A stretch of DNA of 64,000 nucleotides from Stegostoma tigrinum (taxonomy: Eukaryota). Of this stretch, positions 1-64,000 are shown piece by piece. Where the stretch lies: NCBI RefSeq assembly GCF_030684315.1, contig NC_081361.1:33586704-33650703 (forward strand), given 5' to 3'. The position numbers and the translations under genes were made by a program. Positions within the stretch are counted from its first letter, which is position 1. Every line of letters starts with the position of its first letter. Under the pieces are notes generated by a model. The model had not been told where the DNA came from and ran no database searches. It worked only from the letters and a program-made list of their open reading frames with translations.

Positions 1-975
1 TTACTAGTGGTGTACCGCAAGGGTCGGTGTTGGGTCCACTGCTGTTTGTCATTTTTATAAACGACCTGGATGAGGGCGTAGAAGGATGGGTTAGTAAATT
101 GGCAGATGACACTAAGGTCGGTGGAGTTGTGGATAGTGACGAAGGATGCCGTAGGTTGCAGAGAGACATAGATAAGCTGCAGAGGTGGCAAATGGAGTTT
201 AATGCAGACAAGTATGAGGTGATGCACTTTGGCAGGAGTAACCGGAAGGCAAAGTACTGGGCTAATGGTAAGATTCTTAGTAGTGTAGATGAGCAGAGAG
301 ATCTCGGTGTCCATGTACACAGATCCTTGAAAGTTGCCACCCAGGTTGACAGGGCTGTTAAGAAGGCAGACAGTGTTTTAGCTTTTATTAATAGAGGGAT
401 CGAGTTCTGGAACCAAGAGGTTATGGTGAAGCTGTACAAAACTCTGGTGCGGCCGCACTTGGAGTGTTGTGTACAGTTCTGGTCACCGCATTATAAGAAG
501 GATGTGGAAGCTTTGGAAAGGATGCAGAGGAGATTTACTAGGATGTTGCCTTGTATGGAGGGAAGGTCTTACGAGGAAAGGCTGAGGGACTTGAGGCTGT
601 TTTCATTAGAGAGAAGAAGGTTGAGAGGTGACTTAATAGAAACATATAAGATAATCAGAGGGTTAGATAGGGTGGATAGGGAGAGTCTTTTTCCTAGGAT
701 GGTGATGGCGAGCACGAGGGGGCATAGCTTTAAATTGAGGGGTGAAAGATATAGGACACATGTCAGAGGTAGTTTCTTTACTCAGAGAGTACTAAGGCAA
801 TGGAAAGCTTTGCCTGCAACGGTAGTAGATTCGCCAACTTTAGGTAAATTTAAGTCATCATTGGATGAGCATATGGACGTACATGGAATAGTGTAGGTTA
901 GATGGGCTTGAGATCGGTATGACAGGTCGGCACAACATCGAGGGCCAAACAGCCTGTACTGTGCTGTACTGTTCT
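1..975 (+). mobile_element. CR1 LINE 3' end (ORF2 RT C-terminus and 3' UTR), relatively young
   Basis: ORF 27-896: PQGSVLGPLLF, KLADDTK, LYKTLVRPHLE, RRLRGDLIE, FFTQRV; CR1-type 3' tail. Confidence 0.95.
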
Positions 976-1055
976 ATATGTATGCTTAATATGCAGTGTA
1001 TGCTTTTGGAGCATTCTCTGTGATTTTCTTCACAGTTCAGTTGACTTAATTTGCA

Positions 1056-54008
<52,953 letters not shown>

Positions 54009-55478
54009 ATGAACCTATACAAGGGACACGTAAAGCTTGTAAATAATAAAAACTCTGTCAATTACTGTATAAAAAGTACATTGACTTAGCTATTTCATAA
54101 CTGCAATATTGTTGTACCTTGTCAGGAGCAGTAAATTCAAAAACTTCTCTGCATTAATTTGTCAAGGATATGCCTCAGTGAAAAGAATACCACTTTCCTT
54201 TTAGTTCGCACATTCTGTTGTACATTACCTCACTGTCATTACATTCTGAACAACTAACAGCATCCTGGGAACTATCAGTACATCATTTCCGATCTTTTGC
54301 ACCGTCTGTCCAATTTTCCTGCCTTCACTTTGTTTTATCAGTACACCATAATTATTTTATAATGCTCTATATGATCACCCCTCAGACTCCAACGCACTAG
54401 GGAAAATAGCCCCAACTTATTCAGCCTCTCCCCAAAGCTCAAACCCTCCAACCCCAGCAACATCCTTCTAAATCTTTTCTATTACCCTTTTGAGTTTAAC
54501 AGTATCTTTCCCAGAGACCAGAATTGAACACAGTATTCCAAAAGTGGTCTAACCAATGTCCTGTGACCAAATGCACTAACCAAAAAAGGCAAACATATTT
54601 GTCGACTGCAATAAGAATAATACTTTGCCTCAATGCTTTAAGAATACCTTTGATGGCAACAGTCCAACATTTACACATCGTTTCAGGTTCAAAAGCGCAA
54701 GGATGGGTTCCAAAATGTCACGCACAGTGTTAACCACAGAAATCTCAAAACACTGTTAGTTGTACAAATTTTCTTCTGGATTTCCAAACTACTGATGACC
54801 TCCAATATACTGTCCCTCTCGCAGCTATCATGTAGAATTTATGATCAGATGATGGCATTTATTTCACATCTGCATACTGCAATCCCAGAACCATCTGGCA
54901 TTTGAACTCTTGTTATCACTTGACTGAAGGTTTTCCCCAGAGGTTCTATCTCAGCTCTTTGGCAGGTTTCAGAGGGTGGGATATGTGTGCAATTCAAATT
55001 CTTCATTTAACTTTTCAGCAGTAGGAAAGGCCCTGATTCTTCATGATACGCAACAGTGAAATTGTCCATGTTTACCATCATTATTCTCCTGAAACTGGCA
55101 GCAAACTCTGGAGTCTGCAAATGCACCTAAGCAGAGAAATCCCTAATTTGCAGTCAATGTTTTTGTATTTCTCCACAGGTAAACACCTCACAGGTTGAAA
55201 TCAAGAATAAGTAATGAATTGATGAAAACTTGCCCTTTTACACCTTTGGTCTCAGTGTAAAAGTCCTTGAAAAAGTTGCAACATATACAGAGTTGTAACC
55301 AGGCTTTTAATAGCATAGTAAATCCAGAGTTGCTAATGAAAAGCCTCACTGTCTCTGAAAAACTAATTTTGTATTTGTAGAATGCCAGACTTAAATTATG
55401 GAAAAGAACACATTTTAAAATAAAATACAAAAGAACTTTTCTCCCTCTCCATCATTTCCTCCCTCAAAAGTAAAAAAG

Positions 55479-55806
55479 GGGTGGCACTGTGGTCAGTGGT
55501 TAGCACTGCTGCCTCACTACACCAGGGGCCCAGGCTCAATTCTGTCCTCAGGCAAATGATGGTGTGGAGTTTACACATTCTCCCCGTGTCTGCGTGAGTT
55601 TCCTCCGAGTGCTCCGGTTTCCTCCTGCAGTTCAAAGATGTGCAGGTTAGGTGGATTGGCCATGCTAAATTGCCCAGAATGTTCAGGCATGTGTAGACTA
55701 GGTGGGTTATAGGGAGATGGGTCTGGGTGGGATGCTCTGAGGGTTGGTGTGGACTTGGTCAGCCAAAGGGCCTGTTTTCGCACTGTAGGGATTCTATGAT
55801 TCTATG
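55479..55806 (+). mobile_element. HE1-like V-SINE
   Basis: Head, core and tail. Confidence 0.9.
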
Positions 55807-56046
55807 AACTGCGGATGCTGTAAATTAGGAACGAAAACAGTGCTGAGAAAGCTCAGCATGTCTAGCAGCATCTGTGGGGGAAAACAAAATCAGAGTTAAA
55901 GTTTCAGATCAGCGACTTTTCCTCAGAACTCATTTTTCTTCACAGATGCTGCCAGACCTGCTGAGCTTTTCCAGCAACCTGTTTATGTCCCACATTTTAA
56001 AATAACATTTTTACAGCAAACGAACCTCAATTTTCTACCTTAATCT

Positions 56047-56050
<4 letters not shown>

Positions 56051-56078
<28 letters not shown>
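56051..56078. repeat. (TG)n microsatellite
   Basis: About 14 TG units. Confidence 0.95.
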
Positions 56079-56081
<3 letters not shown>

Positions 56082-56739
56082 CAGGCATCTATTTTATACA
56101 ATGGGAAATCATAACTTTAAAAAATGAAGGATCTTTAGTGCAGTTTACTTCCTGCTTTGTTGTCTATGAGAACTGCTCAATGTGATTGGTTGCTTACCTT
56201 GCATGAAGACATCACTGTTGCTGGGCGCATGGTGTCAAACTGATCTTTGACTACAGGCAATTTCACAACCCCAAGGTCACTAGACATTTGTGGGCAGCTT
56301 TCTTCTTCACCCAACGTCAGTGATGAGTTGCCTCAATTAGCCATCTGCAAAATCTAGATTCCTGATATATTTATACGTGTTTTTCTTCAGAAGTTCTGGT
56401 CCATCTCAACTCCTTAATTTGCTTCCATGGACAACTGCAATAGGAGTTGGAGATCTGATGACAAAAAGTATATGGTTAAAGTCTATGGTCATGAACCTGA
56501 AAAATTAGCTTTTTTTTCTCTTTGATGCTGCCTGACTTGCTGTTGTCTCGTTTATGTCACCTTCTGATTATATTTCAAGTAAAGAAAAAGCAGGTTCTGA
56601 AAAAGAAAATCCTGGAAAATCTAAAAAAAAGCCTGAATTGGAAAATGAGATCTCTTTCAAAAAAAAGACTCTACAGCCAGAGCAGAACAAAGAACTTCCT
56701 GCCTGCTTCCATCTCCGGCCCATGCAGCACGCTCCCAGC

Positions 56740-57130
56740 GCAAAGTCATTGCCGAGTTGGCGTGGCCAAAGTTATCGATGCACAACCCAGCTCGCCAAAA
56801 CATAATAGACACCGAAACCAAAACCAAACACTTACAACACCATGCCGTTCGTAACGAACAAATCCTGCAGCAACGCGGGAGTCCCTTTAAATTCGCGCTT
56901 TGCCAACCTTCTGGCCAGCAACTGGGGTTGTGATTGACAGCTCCGGCCCCCGGGAGTTTGGATTGTGATTGGCAGCTCCAATCCCCGGGAGCTGATTGAC
57001 AGCCGCGTTCCAAGCGGAGGGAAAGCTCCGCAGCGCCGAGAGGATGCGCTACAGGTTCCCTCTTTCCTTGCTCTGGAAGGGTGTGCGCCTCCTGGTGGAA
57101 CATACAGTCTTCACTCACTCGTCGACAATT
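56740..57130 (-). promoter_or_regulatory. CpG-rich promoter and probable non-coding first exon (donor at 56836|gtaagt) of the GCN2-like gene
   Basis: Most CpG-dense unique segment near the gene's 5' end; TGATTGACAG at 56931-56940 and 56993-57002, TGATTGGCAG at 56966-56975, CCAAT at 56978-56982, TTTAAA at 56886-56891; consensus donor GTAAGT on the minus strand at 56835-56830. Confidence 0.62.
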
Positions 57131-57939
57131 TCACTGCTGCAAAAGTTCTTGAACAGCATTTGGTGAAACTGTGGCTGCCAGATCGCATCTCTAACTCATG
57201 CCTCCATCTCCACAATTTATCATATTACAGCACTACTCCCCAGGTATGATGTGCTAAGTAGCCTGGGAGAGAGAGTCGAAAATAACTCACGTGGTGCTAT
57301 CATATATTTATTTTTAACATGTAAAAGTTGCAGAATCTAATATATTTCAAAGTAATTAATAATATGTAAATTAAAATGAAGAACTGCAGACGCTTGAAGT
57401 CTGAAACAAGCAAAAACATAAACTGTTGGAGAAACTCAGCAGGTCTGCCAGTATCCATTAAGAGGAACAGTTCTATTGCATTTCAGGCCCAGTGACCCTT
57501 CTTCAGAAATTATTGTTATAGCTTTCCTTTGATCATGTTCACAGATAATCTGTAATGTTTAGTTGTATTGAAGTGGACTGTCACTTCATTTTCTGAAGAA
57601 GGGTCCCGACCCGAAACATCAAACTTTCCTGCTCTTGGATGCTGCTTGGCCTGCTGTGTTCATCCAGCTTCACACTGTTATGTCACTTCAAGGTGTCTTT
57701 TTTTGCTTAAACCAACCAGCATGTGGTCCAAGTCAGTACTAAATTGTTAAGATATGCAAGCGATGCATGATAGTGAATTTTGCTTGTTCGTGATAGTTCT
57801 CAATTAAATGTAAAGACGCGATTGTCATAAAGAAAGAAAATGAGAAACAGCTGTACCATCAGCTCCATTAAGAGGTTAAATCTATTAAACACTGTCTTGA
57901 ATTATGAATGTTGAATGAGGGAAATGTTCACTTGGGATA

Positions 57940-58460
57940 AGGAGCAGTTTTGGGCCATGCATTTAAGTAAGGATGGATGTGCTGGCCTTGGAGGCAGTCC
58001 AGAGGAAGTTTACAAGAAGATCCTGGGGATGAAGGGCTTGTTGTATGAGGAGTAATTGAGGACTCTGAGTCTGTACTCAATGGGGTTTAGAACTTGAGAG
58101 GAGGATCTCATTGAAACTTACAGAATATTGAGAGGCCTGGATACAGTAGGTGTGGAGAAAATGTTCCAACTGGTAGGCGAGACTAGGATTCAAGGGCACA
58201 GCCTCAGAGTGAAGGGACATCAGAGATGAAGAGGAACTCCTTCAGCTAGAGGTTGGTGCATCTATTCAATTCATTGCTGCAGAAAGTTGTGTAAACCAAG
58301 TCACAGTGTGTACTTAACACAGACATAGATAGGTTCTTGATTGGTAAGGAGACTAAGGGTTACAGGGAGAAGGCAGAAACATATTAGCCATGAGTGAATA
58401 GTGGACCAGGGTTGATGCACCAAACAGCCTAATTCTGCTCCAATATTTTATGGTCTTGTG
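57940..58460 (+). mobile_element. CR1 3' fragment
   Basis: LALEAVQRKFTR and RGDLIETYRIL remnants. Confidence 0.82.
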
Positions 58461-58504
58461 GATGTAAGCTGAACATGGATCAACCGTCAAGGCAAAGAAA
58501 AACT

Positions 58505-59365
58505 GAGAGAACTGTGGATGCTGTAAATCAGGAACAAAAACAGAAGTTGCTGGAAAAGTTCAGAAAGTCTGGCAGCATCTGTGAAGAAGAAATTCAGAGT
58601 TAATGTTTTGGGTCCAGTGACCCTTCCTCAGAACTGATGCTGGCCTTTGCTGGAACATTGCAGCAAACCAGAGACAGAGATGTTGGCCAGGGAACAGGGA
58701 GGTGTGTTAAAGTGGCAGGCAACAGGTAGCTCAGGACCTTTTTTATGCACAGAACGTAGATGTTCTGTGAAGCAGTCACCCACCTTACACTTCATTTTCC
58801 CAGTGTAGAGGAGATCACATTGTGAGCAGCGAATGCAGTAGGTATATTCTGGGAAGTGCAGGTGAAGTGTTGCTCCCTGGCCAACATCTCTGTCTCTGGC
58901 TTGCTGTAGTGTTCCAGCTAGGCCCAACGCAACCTGGAAGAACAACACCTCATTTTCCACTTGGGGACTCTGCAGCCCTCCAGACTCAATATCAAGTTCA
59001 ATAATTTTAGGGCCTAAACTCTCCCATGTCCTAGCCCACTACCCCACACACCAGGCCTTGTCATCACGTAGTCTGCCACTACACACCCCCTGTTGATAGT
59101 CACTAACAGTCCCCATTAACAACTACTCACCCTCCCAGCCTGATCGTAAAGCAACTTCGTTGTCTATCTAACTCCTCCTCTCTCTTCGGGGCTCTATCCT
59201 ATCGTTGACTCCCTACCACATCCACCTCCCCATTTTCTGCATATAAACTGACATTTTCCCCGCTACCACCAGTTCTGAGGAAGAATCACTGGACCCGAAA
59301 TATTAACTCTGATTTTTTTTCTGCACAGCTGCTGCCAGACCTGCTGAGCTTTTCCAGCAACTTCA
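58505..59365. mobile_element. Penelope-like element with internal inversion and inverted terminal repeats
   Basis: YCIRCSQCDLLYTG...PVACHF on minus, orientation switch near 58865, inverted termini at 58540-58635 and 59272-59362. Confidence 0.8.
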
Positions 59366-61079
59366 GTTTATGATCAAGGCAAAGAATATAATGTGTAAGT
59401 AATGATCCCCCTGCAAATGCACAGAGTGACAGTGCCCACGGTGTCAGCTATCGTTGATAACAAAAACAAAGTTGCCGTTGTGGTGTTGTTCTTCCAGCTT
59501 GTGTTGGGCTTTGGCGGAACACCGCAGCAAGCCAGAGACAGAAATATTGGCCTGGGAACAGGGTGGTGCATTAAAGTGGCAGGCAACAGATGGTTCAGGA
59601 ATAACAAAATTGCTCAAGACCCAGGTAACCTACCCCACACACCAGGCCTTGTTATCACATAGCCTGCCATTACACACCAGCTAATGTTAGTCACTAATAG
59701 TCCTGGGTAACCTAACCTTGGAGACCTAGGTTCGCATCCCGCCATGGCAGATGGTGGAATTTGAATTCAATAAGAAAAGTCTGGAATTAAGAATCTCTGG
59801 ACTCCTTTTGCAAGGCCAGGTGCAACATGGACTATGACAATTCAAGAATGTAGTTCACTACCACTTTCTCAATGGCAACTAAAGGTGGGAAATAAATGCT
59901 GGGCTTCAAACACAACGTGATATAATTGAAAAACAAGTGAGTAGTCCAAAATCAGGTCTTACCTTATAGGACATTGCTATACCATGGAAATGATTATAAG
60001 GAGAAGATTTTATAAACAACTAGGTGCAGCAGCCAAGGATAGAATAGATTGGTCATCTGCTTCAGAAGATATGCCAGGAGAACTGTTGACACATTGACCA
60101 CTTGAGACAGACCCTGGCCCTTGGAATCTCTAAGCGACCAGTGTCAATGTGACTGTGTACTATTGTTAATTAGTACAACAAAGGTGAACCACATTACATG
60201 GAATGGTATCCTGATTGTTATGTGCCATTGATATCCTGGCTAGAACATTTAGACTCACTTAAGGGGATTTCTGAGTTCTGAGCATTTGTGTTCTGGAGCC
60301 CAAGGTATGCACGTGGGCACAAGGAAGATTGTAAAGCAGATTGTTTAATATCTGTGATTCTTGGTTTGCTTTTAAACATCTGCTCCCTTGATAGTTGCCA
60401 GTCTGACGATGAAATCACTTTTGTCATGAGTCAAAGATTCTTTCAAACCATACTTGGTTGACTTTCATTCTTCATGGAGTGTGGGAGGCGGTAAACAAGG
60501 GAGAGTAAAGAAAATAGGAAGACAATTCAATATATCCATTAAAAGGGATTGGATTCATCATTCAAGTCCACCACATTCCTATAACACTTGGCTCATTTTA
60601 TATGAGATGCTTTGAGTTACTTTGTAAATTTCTTGAAAGGTATCAGAAGTTTTACACAGAATTTTTTGTGCCTGTGGCTTTAAGTAATTGCTTTGTACTT
60701 GCCATTGGAAATATTTATTTCATTCTGAAAAGCCACCTGATTACAGCGACGACTGAGCACTAAATTGGAACTTTGGTATAGGTTAGAATTTAGTGCGGGG
60801 GGAATATGTTGCTGCTTGTCTGACTTATGCTCAGCTGCGAGGAGCAGGTGAGTACTATCGCCTTGTCTCCAAGCCAGGAAACTTGCTTTTAATTCAGCCT
60901 TGTAAATGAGTAACTAATAGGCTAATTACACAAATAAATCTGGACAGGCATTGCAGGGACAATACTGTGACAGCAAGAAATTGGAATTGTCAGATGCATT
61001 GCAATTCGGCACAAACATTTGACTGGTCAGCGTTGGCAGTATGAGCATCACAGTGCTGGAATCTGAGCCATTGACATTG

Positions 61080-62710
61080 TGGAGCCTGTCTGAGGATTCC
61101 AGGGGTCACTAGGATGTTCCCTGGTATGGAGGGATTACGCTATGAGCAAAGGCTAAACAAGATTAGGACTCTACTCATTGGAGTTTAGAAGACTAAGAGG
61201 TGATCTCATTGAAAAATATAAGATTCTTAGAGGCTTGGCAGGAGGTGAGTTGAGGTGAGCTTGACACCCCTTGATATTAAGGCCACATTTGAACAAATGT
61301 GGCATCTAGGAGCCCGAGCAAAACTGGAATCAATGGTTATCAAGGGAAAGCTCTCTGCTCCTTGGAGTCATATCTAGCACATAGGAAGATGGTCGTGGTT
61401 GTTGGAGGTAAGTCATCTCAGTTCCAGGGCATTTCTGTAGGAGCACCTCAGGATAGTGCCCTAGCCCCAACCATCTTCAGCTGATTCATCAATGAGCCTC
61501 CTTCCATCATAAGGTCAGACATGGCGATGTTCGTTGATGATTGCAAATTATTCAGCACCATTTGCAACTCCTCAAATACTGAAGCTGTCCATGTGCAACT
61601 GCAACAAGAGCTTAACAACTTCTAGGCTTGGTCTGACAAGTGGCAAATAACAGTCATGCTATGCAAATGCCAGGCTATGACCATCACCAATAAGAGACAA
61701 TCTAACCACCAGCCCTTGACATTCACTGGTGTTACCATCACTGAATACCCCACTGTCAACATCCTGAGGGTTACCATTGACCGGAAACTCAGCTGGACTC
61801 ATCACATAAATACAGTGGCTGCCAGAACAGGTTAGAGGCGAGGAAAACTGTGGTAAATAACCCACCTCCTGACCCCCCAAAGCCTGACCACCATCCACAA
61901 AGCACAAGTCACGGGTTTGATAGAATACTTCCCATTTGTCTGAATGGGCACAACTCCAACAACACTCAAGAATCTTGACACCATCTGGAATAAACCAGCC
62001 GCTTGATTGGGATTCATCTACAAGCATCCACTGTTGCCATCAGCAATGCTTAGCATAAGTGTGTCCTCTCTACAAGATGCAATCCAAAATTCAGCTCCTT
62101 CCAAACCCATGACCACTTCCACCTAGAAGGATGAGGGCAGCAGATACATGGGAACACCGCCGACTACAAATTTCCCTCCAAGCCACTCTGCATCCTGACT
62201 TCAAAGTATATCACTGCTACTTCATTGTTGCTGGGCCAAAATCCTGGAATTCCCTCCCTAAGGGCATGGTGGGTGAACCCACAGCACATGGACTGCAGCG
62301 GTCCAAGAAGGCAGTTCACCACCACCTACTTGACCACCTGGGCTCAGGCAATGAATGCTGGCTAGCCAGCAACAACCATGTTCCAGGAGTGAAGAAAAAG
62401 TGAGTGCTAAGGGAATCTAAACCAGAGGGCATAGTCTCAGAATAAGGAGGCACCAATTTAAGACAGAGAAGAGAGACAATTTCTTCTCTCAGAGGGTTAT
62501 GAGTCTTTGGAAGCCTGTGCCATGGAGAGCTTTTGGTGCAGAGTCTTTGTGTCTAGTTAAGGTTGAGATAGATTCTTGGTGAGTAAGGGAATCAAAGGTT
62601 ACAGGAAAAGGATAGGAAAGTTGACGTGAGGAATGTCAGATCAGCTATGATCCTATTCATTAGCAGAGCAGGATCGAAGGGCCTACTCCTGTACCCATTC
62701 CTTATGGTTA
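61080..62710 (+). mobile_element. CR1 3' fragment interrupted by a nested second-family LINE (about 61250-62400)
   Basis: CR1 RLRGDLIEKYKIL at 61190-61240 resumes with TRGHSLRIR at 62420. Confidence 0.8.
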
Positions 62711-63037
62711 TATCGTCAGCTGTACACTTCATTTGGGGCAGTCACATTTCTGAAGCTCGATAATACTTTGGAATTGGCCAATGATTAGGGACAGGAGGGT
62801 GTGACTACAAGTTAGGGAATCCAGCGGGTAGAGCTGGAGGAGCCTAAGCCAAGGAGTTTGCTACCTACGTAGATAAGGGTAAGGACTGCAGTGTGGTTGG
62901 GGAAACCAATAATCACACCACGATGCAGGATACCAGGTTAATAGGTGGAATTAAAAGGAATGCAGTTGTGATGGTGACAGTGTAGCCAGGGGAATTGGTA
63001 CGGCTCCCTGCGGCCACAATTGGGAACTCTGACAGCT

Positions 63038-63130
63038 TTTCTGAGGAAGGGCCTAGGCCCGAAACGTCAGCTTTCGTGCTCCTGAGATGCTGCTTGGCCT
63101 GCTGTGTTCATCCAGCTCCACACTTTGTTA
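63038..63130 (+). mobile_element. Penelope terminal fragment with intact minimal hammerhead core
   Basis: CTGAGGA-AGGGCCTAGGCCC-GAAAC-GTC at 63041-63068. Confidence 0.8.
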
Positions 63131-63339
63131 AGTCTGACAGTTGTGTTGCTTGCACAGTATCAGGGTTAAAGGCATGTCTTCAAAGCTGGAGATAATCTGG
63201 AGAGGGTCCGCTCGTCATGACGCACAAACAAACCAATGACACAAGTAGATCTAGGAATGGTGTTCTGGTGAAACAGTTTGAGATTAGGCTCCAAACGAAC
63301 AAACAAACACCTCAAAGTAATCACCTGTAGATTGTTAGA

Positions 63340-64000
63340 GGTAACAAAGTGTAGAGCTGGATGAACACAGCAGGCCAAGCAGCATCTTAGGAGCACAAAA
63401 GCTGACATTACGGGCCTAGACCCTTCATCAGAAATGGGGGAGGGGGAGAGGGTTCTGAAATAAATAGGGAGAGAGGTGGAGGTGGATCAAAGGTAGATAG
63501 AGGAGAAGATAGGTGGAGAGGAGATAGACAAGTTAGAGGGGCAGGGATGGAGCCAGTAGAGGTGAGTGTAGATGGGGAGGTAGGGAGGGGATAGGTCAGT
63601 CCAGGGAGGACGGACAGGTCAAGGGGACGAGATGAGGTTAGTAGGTAGGAAATGGGGGTGCAGCTAGGTGAGAGGAAGTACAGGTTAGGGAGGCGGGGAC
63701 ATGCTGGGCTGGTTTTGGGATGCAGTAGGGGGAGGGGAGATTTTGAAGTTTGTGAAATCCACATTGATACTATTGGGCTGCAGCGTTCCCAAGCGGAATA
63801 TGAGTTGCTGTTCCTGCAACCTATGGGTGGCATCATCGTGGCACTGCAGGAGGCCCAGGATGGACATGTCGTCTAAGGATTGGGAGGGGGAGTTGAAATG
63901 GTTCATGACTGGGAGGTGCAGTTGTTTATTGCGAACCGAGCGTAGGTGTTCTGCAAAGCGGTCCCCAAGCCTCCATTTGGTTTCCCCGATGTAGAGGAAG
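63340..64000 (-). mobile_element. Penelope-like element, GIY-YIG 3' end (runs off the window)
   Basis: YIGETKWRLGDRFAEHL, LQEQQLIFRLGTLQPNSIN; close relative of the 45602-47075 copy. Confidence 0.92.

Noticed and set aside
27-896. 289-aa ORF as a host gene
   Set aside because: CR1 reverse transcriptase C-terminus with a small deletion and an altered FADD motif; transposon relic.
56595-56890. ISRE-like (GAAAAAGAAA, CGAAACCAAAAC) and NF-kB-like (GGGAGTCCC) sites suggesting immune induction
   Set aside because: Imperfect matches in A-rich or short sequence; expected by chance.
59960-60430. Minus-strand donor at about 59962 and ORF 60218-60427 as upstream pseudokinase/RWD exons
   Set aside because: Translations show no RWD or pseudokinase similarity, and they lie beyond the putative promoter.

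Overview
Cartilaginous-fish (shark-like) genomic DNA, judged from HE1-type V-SINEs, SacSINE1-type DeuSINEs, CR1, Rex1, RTE and Penelope relics. Most of the window is a single intron-rich minus-strand gene that I reconstructed by hand from GT-AG exons with matching phases. It has 21 well-supported coding exons (54008 down to 3686), a candidate terminal exon (1121-1056), and a CpG-rich promoter/first exon near 56.8-57.1 kb. The spliced product is about 815-836 aa with no stops or frameshifts. It is a highly diverged paralogue of the eIF2-alpha kinase GCN2 (EIF2AK4): an intact-looking kinase domain followed by a degenerate HisRS-like domain. It appears to lack the N-terminal RWD and pseudokinase domains and possibly the C-terminal domain. 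It carries a natural Arg-to-Leu change at the tRNA-sensing motif-2 position, has lost the kinase dimer salt-bridge residues, and has a CX2CX4HX4C zinc-knuckle motif formed across an exon junction. Comparisons to human/yeast GCN2 are from memory of those sequences, not from a run alignment. Several Penelope fragments retain minimal hammerhead ribozyme cores.
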